Notes under the pieces: model-generated | The model's database searches: none | Told to the model about the DNA's origin: nothing | The model's input: only the letters and a program-made list of their open reading frames with translations | From: Phoronis australis | Lineage: Eukaryota > Animalia > Phoronida | NCBI GenBank assembly: GCA_002633005.1 | Contig: NMRA01000152.1 | Span: 756,812 to 820,811 of the forward strand | Length of the DNA stretch: 64,000 nt | Direction of reading: 5' to 3' | Program-made: the position numbers and the translations under genes | Shown: positions 1-11,500 of the stretch, in pieces | Layout of the letters: every line of letters starts with the position of its first letter | How positions within the stretch are numbered: position 1 is the first letter of the stretch

Positions 1-2499
1 GAGCAACGCAAAACGTTCTCTGCACAAACATTTCTGATCCAGTCCTTATTAAAAATCAGAGTTTATTACCAGGGATGAAGGATTATTGGACAGTCATTTA
101 AACGCCATCTTTAGGCGTGCATTGGTTATGCTACTGCCAACAGACGACATATAACGCACTTCAAAAGATTTTGGCACAGTTCTTTGTAGAAAATTCATAC
201 TTTTCTATTTCTTAAAATTTCAAGAGCATAATATATTGTGTGGTTTTATAGTCTTCAGCATTGAAGTCAGAAGGAACAGGCAAATTCAAACAACTGAATT
301 GTAATTTTAAATGAGGGATTTTAAATGATTTTATTGTTGTTGTAGAGTCAAGTCATTTTAAAATTATTATTATAAGTTCAAACAGTTGTTATATGATGCA
401 ATTTACTTGTACTATTTAATATTGAAAACAGACATTCCAAGAACTTGACAAATTAAGGAAAATACCGTCATTGAAGTTCGTGATCTTATAAATTGTGACA
501 TTCCTAAAAGAAAGTTCAGGAAGAATAGCAGTTTTTTTAGAAATGCAAATTGCATATAAACTTTTCACGAAGAAAATTATTTTAATGTTTACACAGTTTC
601 ATAAATACTTGTAGAATAATGTAATGGATTACTGTTTGACATAATATTGGTAAAATTATAATCTCTATTTAACCGGTACTCTTGTAGCATGCAGGGATAC
701 CTCTGACCGAATTCTTTTTTGTAAGAAATGTAATCAGTATCATTAGTCATTTTAATGAAGATATGTCAAGGTTAGCTGCACTATTGTGAACGCATTTTAC
801 ACCATACAGTGTACGTGAGATTGTATAGATATTCAAAACATTCCTTACAATTTCCGGTTCCTCTTACGAAACATTATTTAATGATGTGTTTTTATCTTTC
901 TAGCATTGTGTATATTTTAATATATCTTTGCTTTTACTTTCACATCCATTATGTAGATTTGTTTTTAAACTTACCGTGCACTCCATGGGTCCTGTTTTTG
1001 GGCAGAAAAAACGGCATAATTGGTTTTGGTTCGCGCCCGACTCGTTTTGAAACCTGCGCGTCAAAGCTGGCATCAGGTGGCGATGGGGGTAAAAAGAAAA
1101 TATTTACTGTCCTTATAAGCTGGCGTCAAGTGATCCTGGGGTAAAAAGAATGATCTCAACCCATTTTAACTAAAAATATACTGCACCACGTTATCAATTA
1201 AAAAAACCAGTTATGCTATTTTTGGCCTTGTATAACTTTAATAAAACTTTATTAAAACTCCCATTTGAAATTTTATTTATGCTCAGTGGCCGGACTTGGA
1301 CGAAACTTGCAAAGGCATATAATGTATGACACCCACTAGAATCGTTGATATGCGGTGTAAATTGACAATTTGAAGGACTGGTAGGTAGATTTGGGGACGT
1401 TGAAATCATTAGCAATGTATGTCGATTAAGGGATAGCCTTGGAGGCAAACGGCTAATGTGCAACCCGGGCTAAAACCAGATTTTAAAAACTGGTGACTGT
1501 CTGATGTGGAAAGATTCGTTTAGTTTAGATGGCAGTATAACACAGTACGAATTAATGGCGAAAACAAAGCACCAGATAAGCCACGAAAACGGAAGTGATG
1601 CATTATGAAAAAACACGAGTACATGGATTATGCAGGAAAGTTTTAAACACTTATACTCATTGGGTCCAAGATACAAAAGTAGTGAAGATAACCTCAGACA
1701 ATTATACACAAGTGTATAGTAAATTACTTTACGAAAAATAAATGACACAGCGTTGTTAAATGACCAATGAAATAACGAAAAGAACAATCGCGATGGTTGC
1801 ACAGCAGAGTAAACTGGATCCCACATCCAATCAGGGCCTCCCATGTGGTGCTTCAAGTGAATTTCATTTTATTTCGTTTTCTACCCATTACCTGTGTTTA
1901 CGAACCGTGACTTGTACTTTAAATTTGAATCTTTACGGATAACTTTAAGTAAGATATTTCGTCGTTTAAAATCATATTATCATTAAAATGGGAAAGAACA
2001 CGAGCCACAGAACTTCCAAAAAAGTTCTTTTTTAAAGTACAAATCACGGTTTGTAAAAATGAGCAACAAAGCAGTTACATACCGCAGTTACGCCCCCCCC
2101 CCACAGGCCCTATTGTGGCTGCACACAGTAGGGCATTGAACTTCATGGATACGTGAACATCAGAACCAAACGGCCTAAGCTTATACGGGGATTTTTACAT
2201 GAATATGAATTAAGACTTAAAAGTCAGAAATTTGTTCTTGTGTTCCAGTTTTACAATTTCTCAATAAGGGCAATACATATAATCACTTTATAAGCATGTT
2301 GAATATGAATTGTATTTGTCAAATGTAGCGGAACAAACAACTCTGTATTATTCGTAAGTGCAATGGTTGTAAAATGAGATAATTCATCGCATTTTCAGGT
2401 CTTCCTCCAAACTTGTATTTCATTTGATTCTCTTCTAAGGGCACAAACCCTAAAACACAATTATTAATTCATAAAAAATATTCCACGAAGAACTCTACA

Positions 2500-3710
2500 T
2501 CGTGTGAAATTTTCTTCTTGTTGTTTCGCACTGCTGAAACCGTTACAATATGCAATTATTCATCTCTGAGTCATTAAATAAGTTTGATGAGATTTCTCCC
2601 CTAAATAAATGGAGGCTACACTCCAATGAAAGAAGACGAGCAATGCACCACAACAAGAAAGTAAGTAGTTTATTTACCTCGGTGCCACTCACTATTCCCT
2701 TGTAGATGACCAACTCGCAAACAGGCTGAGAAAGATAGACAAAGTCTGTCACACCAAAATCCCATTAAAACTGTTATAGACCAAGGAAATGTCTACAAAT
2801 TTCAAAATCTTATCGAAGTAGCAGGTGACTGATCTTACAAACTGCACTAAAAATTGATTGGAGAAAATGATCGAGGATCTCCGCAGTAAAATAAAACATA
2901 GGGCAGTCCCATGTTACACAGCGTCACTCGAATCTCGCTGTATTTACCCACAATGCCGTAAACACCCGCTTGGCACTTTTGCTGCCTCATTTTCATGCCA
3001 CTGGAGTTTCACATGTTATTTGTTGTTGACTGATGCTTTACACGCTTTTCTCGGTTGCACGACAATATTCGTCCTTCCAATGCCAACGAAGTGCTGTGCT
3101 TATGGGCAGCAACTCCGACGTGAAAAAGTTTAGAACAAACTGGACAAACGCCCATGAATGTGTGATCTGAAATTCACCGCCTTCCCAACATCAATGAGAT
3201 ACACGAAAATGTGCCTGATATCCAAAACTAGGCTACGCGCTTTTTACTCTTAATCTCCGGGACAAAAGAGAGTTTTGCATTTCTATAATCACTCAACCCC
3301 CCGGCCCAAAATGGTGTACAGTAGTGTCGGATCATTGTTTAACACTTCCTAAGGTTTGCCTGTAACCAGGCTTAGACCATATCTTGATTGCTAATAGACA
3401 TTTTCCTCATTCACGGAAATTGGAACAGAAACAATGTCAAAATAATCGTTCTGCAAGAGCATCGCGAAATGTTAATGTGGGGCACACCGTATGCATCACA
3501 GATACAAGGAATTATCGCGTTATTGCAAGCATTCCTACCGGAAGGAAGTAGTTCGAGCAAGTCCATAAAGCTCTCTTGTAACAAGACCACACCAACCCCC
3601 TCATGATTCTGGAAGCAGTTTGGAGGTCGGACGAATGTCGGTGAACAGGCACAAAAACAATAGGAGGTGTAACGTAGGTCAAATCGGAAACAAGACAAGT
3701 GGTGTCGCAC
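2500..3710 (-). mobile_element. Highly degraded non-LTR retrotransposon (Tx1/L1-like ORF2 C-terminal region); boundaries approximate
   Basis: Broken minus-strand translations in the order expected for the post-RT region of Tx1/L1 ORF2: LPSGRNACNNAIIPCI (LSxxGRxxxxNxLIxP-like), CTPFWAGGL (CxPxxxGGL) and CPMF..AEILDHFL (zinc-knuckle-like). Many stops and frameshifts. Confidence 0.4.
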
Positions 3711-5802
3711 AATTTTGAGTTTTATGAAACATTGGTTAGGGTGAGAATAATTTAGTTTGAATCAGAACAATGTCAGACACAGACAAAAAGATATTTCACG
3801 GCCTCGGTCATACTTAGTACTTAACGGCGTACTTTTCGTTCTTTAGTGCCGGAGGGGAACCACTTCCGCAGCAGTCGGGTTCTCGCGGAAATCGAAAAAA
3901 ACGATATACCCGCTTTCCTCGGAGCTTCATATCAGAATACACTCAGCTGAAGAACAACTGATGTCGCTGCGTCGTGTACTCACCTTCTTCACAGGTTAAC
4001 GCGACACCTTGCGGTTAGGTGAGATCAGAGCACTATACGTGGAGGTGATGTGGATATAGACCGATTAAGACGGTTACAAAAACTAATTAAATCTGGAAGC
4101 AGTCTCCTTTAATACGTCCATAATCATTTGTGTTTATAATATTCAGTTTTGTCAGGTAGTTACAATGAGCTATATACGGTATTCTGAGTATCTTATTACC
4201 TGTATACTATACAATTGTCCATATGGATTTTTTCAGTTTACGTTGTTGATGGCAAGCAAGTATATGTATAGTGAATCGACTTGTGTTGTTCGTTAACCCC
4301 CGTTGTGCCAGAACAATTGTTTATTACGTTTTGTCATCATGTATTTGAGTGGAGAATGGCGTGATTAAATTCAGGTAGACGCAGAGCCGTTGTATTGGTA
4401 TTTCTGGTAGTGCAGAAGACTGAAGTGTGTACCCAATGAGATCCACGGTAACAGTAAAACTGAAAATGGGTCAGCCACTGGAGAGAGACAAGACAAATGT
4501 TGAGGTATGAGCCTTCCCGGCATAAGGGGGCACAGAACAGTTCTCAAAGGGGTTTGCTTATCAGAACACACGTCAATGGACTTGACACCCTTTATTCAAT
4601 CTGTCGACTGGAAACTGTGTGCAAAGAACGAAAGGTGTCGAGTCTTTTCACATCACAAACCCCACATATGAGCACAGAAACTAAAACTTTTACTCTCTTG
4701 ATGCTTGACTGTTTCACTGACTCCAACTGAGAAGCAAGGTAGACACAAAACGCAAAATACGCACTTTTCACCTCAAAACCACCACTTAATTCCCTGCCGA
4801 TGCTTGAAAGCCAATATTAGATTCTAAAAGCAAATTTCCTACCAATTCCAAAAGGTGCCAGGCCCAAAAGTAATGTCAAGGGGCCGCCATCTTGGAGAAG
4901 AGTGCAGCTAAAGCCGAGCAAGTGATCTTTTTTCATTCTCAACATCTTCTCAAATACAAACAAATCACATTCACTTAGCTTACATGCAATACCTACCTAA
5001 AATGCCCCTAAGCCTAGCCTACCCCTAGATTTTAATATTTTGGGAATGCAAATTGGCCGCGGCCGCAGCCTGACTGGTTAGTGCCACCTAAGGTAAATAA
5101 ACAAATATGGCCTACATAAATACATTTAGGATTATGTAACATGCAATTCAGGCCCAGTAGTCTCCAACTCGATTCCCGTGACCGGGGTTGGGGACGCCAA
5201 AAGCCTCCATACTTGCTTCTATTTCATCATTTGACTTCATCGTGACAGTATATGCTCCGTTCACACTACAGGCTATTGCATAAACCGGCCTTCAGTGACA
5301 AATATAGCGACAGTTAGTTTTGATTTAGATCACTCATCTCTATCAAAGTGGCCTAATAAGTGATGAACAAAAAGATGTGATTTCTGTGAATGGAATGAAG
5401 TGACACCTCGTTATTGTTTGAGACCATGACCTACAAGTTAATTCGTCACGCCATGTCATTATTTTCTCGCAACAGGGTCTCAACCAGTGTTTTGTAAGAT
5501 TAAAAATCTCTTCGAGAAAGGAACAACTGAGTTGAGACCAAGTTTGATGGCGGCAAGTTCAAAAGTTCGTTTTTGTGACGGAACATAGGTTTTTAAGTTT
5601 CAATTGCCGGGACGTCACTTCTATCGATATGGCGGTGGATATTTCAAATAACATGAATGAACGATTGCACGACATCTACAGGTTTGCTGTAGCTACTGTA
5701 CGGCGCTCCATCACAAACCACATCAAGGTCGCCTCCATTATCGTACAAACATAAGTTTCAGTGAGTGATGGTGCCTGGGGTGGATACGAGGATCGGTTAG
5801 AT

Positions 5803-7092
5803 TCAAGGGGCAGTGGCTCCATTCATGGGCAAGTACCCAAATATCTTGTACAAATCCTTGCATTCTCTGTCGATAATATTCACGGAGCTAAGCGTTATAA
5901 TTGTCTTCCACCGCGATGCTGTTTCAGTGGCATTTTTTCTGTATGTTTTGTACGAGTGAGTACATAACTTTTTCCTGTCTTTGTTTCCGGTCTCACAATA
6001 TGGGAGCAGGCCAGTGGACTCCCTTACATAATTTGCCACAGATTCGGGCAGGGAGAGACTTATGAAATTATACAGATCTTTGGCAGATATCACCGGTCTT
6101 GAAACTACAGTTTCATACTTGAGTCGCATTATGCTGACCTCTGATAATTTTTTGGAAGTCTGGTAATCTTCGAAGATGTCCTTGCACAAGAATGTTATGT
6201 CTTCGTGACGCTGTATTCTACGAAGCCGTCGTCGTGAAACACTGACTCCTCGCGGGTCACGAATTAAATGAACTATCCTCGTATCAGGGACACGTTTCAG
6301 CGCCGCAATGGCGCCTCTCATCGAGAGGCGGACAACCTTGATCACACGAACAGGAGCCTGTTCACAGGCAATTTTTGCTAAACCAATGCAGCGTTGATAG
6401 GAGTATATCTTCACATTATCTAAGCACCTGTAAAAATGCACTAAGGATTTTTGAGTGTCTTGTCTCCTCTGTGCTCGGTAACTAAGGATTTGTCGTGGTA
6501 AGGAATCGAAATTACATGTAAATAGGTTTACGATTACTGAGCTGTCCAAACCTGAGCGATATTTAAGTCCCGTATAAGGTTCGTAGACATAAAAAGATTT
6601 TGGGTACCTGCCGTAAATACTAGTAACAAATGAGGATCCACTTCTCATGTACGACAACACTAAAACCTTTCTTGCGTCAGTACTGCCGCCCACTTCTGTT
6701 GGGAATTCTTCCTCAGTGGTGTACACACTTAGTGCGCTAGGTCCGCCGCAAAGGCCTGGAAGTCCTTGGGTGCAGCGGCTCGTGCATTTGCCTGGCATTG
6801 GACGGTAATCGCCGACAGTTTTGCCACACCAACAGAAATTGCCGTTGCGGACTCCAGCGTATGGCTCACTCTTAGCTCGACAGTAATCAACGCATTGTGA
6901 AATGTTCATGACTTCAACGTCTATCTCTGCTTCAATAAACCAACAACCCAGGTGAAAGTGAGAAACAGATCGCTGCAGCAGGTTTTGCTGTTTTTCGCGT
7001 GTCATGCTCCGAGATGAATACATTTTCCACAATAGCAGTCCCCAACAAAATAAGACCACCAAAAGGCAACTTTTTTTTTTAATCCACGTCAT
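5803..7092 (-). CDS. Single-exon type II membrane protein: WSC domain plus carbohydrate sulfotransferase (CHST1/3/5-like)
   Basis: 436-aa ORF; first ATG at 7092 (MTWIKKKSCLLVVLFCWGLLLW, signal anchor). WSC Cys pattern LGCW..MNISQCVDYC..YAGVRNGNFCWCG..CTSRC..CGGPSALSVY. Sulfotransferase 5'-PSB YMRSGSSF, YEP, 3'-PB HLIRDPRGVSVSR and LKYE motifs. Confidence 0.9.
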   Translation of the reverse strand: MTWIKKKSCLLVVLFCWGLLLWKMYSSRSMTREKQQNLLQRSVSHFHLGCWFIEAEIDVEVMNISQCVDYCRAKSEPYAGVRNGNFCWCGKTVGDYRPMPGKCTSRCTQGLPGLCGGPSALSVYTTEEEFPTEVGGSTDARKVLVLSYMRSGSSFVTSIYGRYPKSFYVYEPYTGLKYRSGLDSSVIVNLFTCNFDSLPRQILSYRAQRRQDTQKSLVHFYRCLDNVKIYSYQRCIGLAKIACEQAPVRVIKVVRLSMRGAIAALKRVPDTRIVHLIRDPRGVSVSRRRLRRIQRHEDITFLCKDIFEDYQTSKKLSEVSIMRLKYETVVSRPVISAKDLYNFISLSLPESVANYVRESTGLLPYCETGNKDRKKLCTHSYKTYRKNATETASRWKTIITLSSVNIIDRECKDLYKIFGYLPMNGATAP

Positions 7093-7539
7093 AGCTTGAT
7101 GACGTGCTCGCACAATCCAAATAAAGGATTTCCTAATTGGAGCGTTTTATATACAATCGTTTCACCTGCTCTTTCGCAATATTTCGTTTCAAACGACATG
7201 TGCCTCAGGGTTGATAAACTTTTTAATTTCATAATATGGTACAGCCCCATTCTGCCTTATGCTTGGATATGAGACCCACGATGCCTCTCGTTTCCTAATC
7301 AACTCATGGCATTTTCAACCAATAGGCATTTTTACGAGGGCAACCTCATTACTGTCCAGTGTGTTGCAAATGAAAATTAGTTGTAAAACCGTAGAACTTG
7401 TTCAGGTCCCACTTTTTATTACTGAGTACTTGCAAGCGAAGCTCGAAAAGCAATGAGCGTTATTTAAGCCACTCTGTCAAACCTTAACTGTTCTTCCCAA
7501 ACAGTGCATTTTAAACTCCTTGACTCCATGAAGGTGCCC

Positions 7540-8270
7540 ATATTAACATATGGTGCAGACTTATGTGCGATCTATTGAAAAAGTTCATAATGATTTCTAT
7601 AAATACCTTCTGAGATTGAGTATTAAAACGTCGAATGCTATTGCTCGCAGTGAATGTGGGAGAGAATTGTTAACTACAAAATATATGTGTAAACCGATTA
7701 TCTATTGGACAAAATACTTGATATGGGGGAACATAGGTACCCGCTGAAGTGCTATAATGTGCTTAAGGAACAAGGTGAAAACGGTAATTATAACTAGGCA
7801 CACCGTGTCAAAGAAATTTTGTAAAGGTACGGTTATGGAGAGGTGTGGTAATTCGGCCCAGGTAATGGTGTTGAATTTATTATGGTATTCAAGCAGAGGT
7901 TACTAGATTGTGAGTACAGGAATAGCAACTGGAAATAAGTAGTTGAAATAAATATGACTTTTATAGTCTTATTAAACGTGATCTTGTTACCGATGAATAT
8001 GTGAATTGTTTAAGCGCTTATTCGAGAAGGTTGACACAAGGGTATTCCTAGAAGTGAGAGAATATCCTGCGTATGCAGTATAGGTGAAATTGAAGGTGAG
8101 TCTCATTTCATGTGTCGATGCCCTGTTCTTGGAGACCCTACAAAAAATCTTTTACCAGAACTTGTGAATACTGACTCTTCTCTTGTTAGGTTATTCCAAC
8201 AAAAAAACCATGACAGTATCCAACGCCTTGCATTGTATATTCGGAAGGTTATGGGTTTTTAAGAGAAGAA
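7540..8270 (+). mobile_element. Degraded LINE ORF2 3' fragment
   Basis: Translates, with stops and frameshifts, to IEKVHNDFYKYLLRL..TSNAIARSECGR..IIYW, YGYGEVW, FKQRLLDC and IEGESHFMCRCP, typical of non-LTR retrotransposon ORF2 C-termini. Confidence 0.7.
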
Positions 8271-8518
8271 TTGCTCTCTGCGTAAATACTCTGAATATAC
8301 ATTTGAATTTATGTATTAATGGGTAGGCAATGCCTACGATGTACAATAAATGATGATGATGATGATGATAATATAATTACTGATACAGAGTGACCGTAAC
8401 CTATTTGATAAATCGAAACTGAATTTGAATGTGACTGGTACGAGTTGCACTGAGAACGGCGCACTTTGATTTAGATTTCCTTTGCCACGTGTGCGCATAG
8501 TATTGATTGTAAAAGATG

Positions 8519-11500
8519 TCAGTGCAGTCCTTGCACCTCGGGAGGCCTCCGGAGCAGCAGCACTAGAGCGACGACCAGCGTTGCTGAGCAAAGAACAAGC
8601 AGGCAACACCTGTCTATTACCATTGCAACGTCTCTCCAATCCTTATCCAAATTATTATGCAATTGCTGGGAAACTATCCTAGACTTAACCATTTCAAATA
8701 ACTGTTCCAAATTCTGATAAATTTTACGGAGAATAGGACTTTTAGAGGCTTTCGTTCTTGGCTGGTTCGTCCGTTTCTCATAGAACGATGATTCAGTGTT
8801 CAAGGGCTCACGTATTTTGAATTTAGAACTCATACCACGAGCGGTTTCTTTCTCTAGTGATGCCTTCTTGTGTTTCTCGTGTTTCATTCCGATGTGTTTT
8901 CCTTCCTTTGTCTGAAATTGTAAAATAATTTGATGAGATTAACACAAATTTCGCTTCAGCGGAGACTTTCTATTTCAGAGTAACACGTCAAACAACTTAC
9001 CGATCACCGAACCATTTCCTTAAACTACTCACTGAATTAAGCCCACCCGGTCGAACGAAAAACTCAGTTTTGGAACGCAGCACCCCCTGTACAAACCAGT
9101 GGTTTACAGCGGTTCGTTTTTAACGTAAGGCGAGGTATTTCTATGCTATTCAAACAACGGTTCAGTGGTTCTATGTGTTCAGGAGCATATTTTTGCTAAA
9201 CTCGGAAATTATAAAGCAGATTTACTAATTAAGCCTTCAGTGCATTTTTATGAAGACAGGAGACAGTTGAGGCTGCATTTCACCCGGCAAAGTTGGAGGA
9301 AAAACGAAAATTAAATTAGGCCTTTTACTCTCATAACATCGGTGTCATAGTATTCCTTACCCCAATAGAATTCTGTTTCCGTTACCAACAAGAACATTGA
9401 AACCAACAGAGACTCAAGAAGACGCATCAGTTCAGTGTTTTTACTTGGCAGTTGGCCAATCCTAAAATTGCGAAATCAAACTGGCGTACCTGCACATTGA
9501 CTGTGACTTGCGTTGGTAACGGAAATGAAACTCTATATAGAGGCAAAGAATAGCAACCCCGAGACTGATTTAACGAGAGTAAAAAACCTAAGTCAACTTT
9601 AGCTTTTTAGCCAGCTAAACAGTACGAAACTCAGCTTTAAAAGATTGCTGACTTTATTTCAATTACTACAAAGCTTTATACACATTCTCGCTGGTTCCCT
9701 GCGTGCCGCTAGATGGGGCGGTAGCCGCGCCAGCACGCAGGTATCACTAAATTTCCTCTGTAAATTTTTTTACACCGGCGTTTCTGATTGGCTAGTCGAA
9801 TTCTCAACAGGCAGCGCTTTGCGCAAACAAACTGGCATGACTGATGGACTGAAGTGTAAAGGTGGTCTGTTGTACAGACAAATCGGTGCTTAAAATTATG
9901 TTCAGGAAATGTGAAGCCTAGAAATTGTAATATTGAGCCTTTTCGGAATACATCTTTCTACTGTCGATGACTTTTGTTTACGATAGTGTTCTTATACAGT
10001 ATGAATAACACACCGGTTAAATCGGCCACATAATTTGTGTTTATTATGCATATATGTGCTTCAAGCACGCGGCTATTAAACATCACTTCAGAAACGACAA
10101 GGCTAAAAATCGTTCACAGTCCGCCATTTTTTTCACGGTGTTGTAAAGCTAACCAATGACTGCCAAGATTACATCGACCAACGCAGGGAACCAGCGAGTA
10201 TACACATTAACCGGACAATATTTAAAAACATTGCTTGCAATGTCTGATTTTAACAAGTTGCCATAAAGTGTTTATTTTACTAGGTGCATTAGCTCCGGGT
10301 GTTTCTGTATCTTTTCCTGAATTGTCCCTCCATCTTCTCTGCACTGCAGGGGGAACCACGTGATTCTCGCGAGACATCGGAGTACGAGGATTCTCACCCA
10401 GCGAGGAACAGGTTTGTCTTGTTTACCCGTGAAACGAATTTGCAGCACAAATACTGTCATGAGAGTGGAGAACGCCAGCAGAACAACAATGCTGCAGAAG
10501 AACTCTCCTGAAACGAGAAAGAAGTTACGAAAACTGCTTTTAAATATTGAGGTGACGTTGGTGTTGTTGATGATAGCAACAGAAGTGGTGTCGGCGGCGA
10601 TGGTGCTAGTGGTGGTGGTTGTGGTGCTGCTGGTCAGTGCTGTAGTGGGGTGTAGGCGCACGTAGGCGCAGCCAAGCACCTTTTGGCACTTGATCGTAGC
10701 ACCTACGCACTGTAAGTTACGTTCAGTGCTCTAGGTGATACGGTGGGCTTTGGGCGCCTACTGACCTCGAATTTTACCACTACAGCTGGTGGTGACGAAT
10801 CACTAGTTTATCAAGTATTGAAAGCAGTCTTAGTTTAGTTGATGATTGGCGATACGGAGTATTGCCCCAATCTCGATTTTTCTTTTTCTACTCTGTCTAC
10901 TCGTATCCCATGCAATGATGCAATGCATATACGCACCTAAAAGAGGAATAGCCAAGGACGTCGGAGGTAGACTTTCGGCAATCAACAGCAATATGAGTGC
11001 CATGGATATCACCATGGTCACGCACAGGGAGATTTTTTCGCCCGCTTCTGGCGGAAGACAAAAGGCACTGAACGCGATCACTGTCAACAAAATAACGGGC
11101 AATACCTGGAAATAAACAATTGAATTGTTGAAAGGACGAAACGACTGGTTTTGTACGAGTTACATGGGGAACAACTGTTTTTTTCTGGATTCAACTAATG
11201 AAGAAAGATATTTTTAGGCTTAATTTTGTTTCTTCTTCGACAGACTAGCGTACAATCTTTTAAAACAGGAATCTTCTTAAAGTAGTTCAGCTGATCGACT
11301 GGTGTTTTTTGTTGTTGTTTTTGGTATACTAATTGACTTATTCTAAAAGTGGTTTGCGCGCGAAATACTCACGAAACCCGATGTCTTATGAATGCCGCGT
11401 TGTATATGGTGAAGATGTCACGGAAATGCACAACTATTGCAACAAATGACCTTGACCGAGACGGAATGACATTTTAATAATTCTAACGTACCAAGTTGAA

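Noticed and set aside
1-2400. Short ORFs and AT-rich sequence at the window start
   Set aside because: No identifiable protein motif or element termini; probably repeat remnants, but a call cannot be supported.
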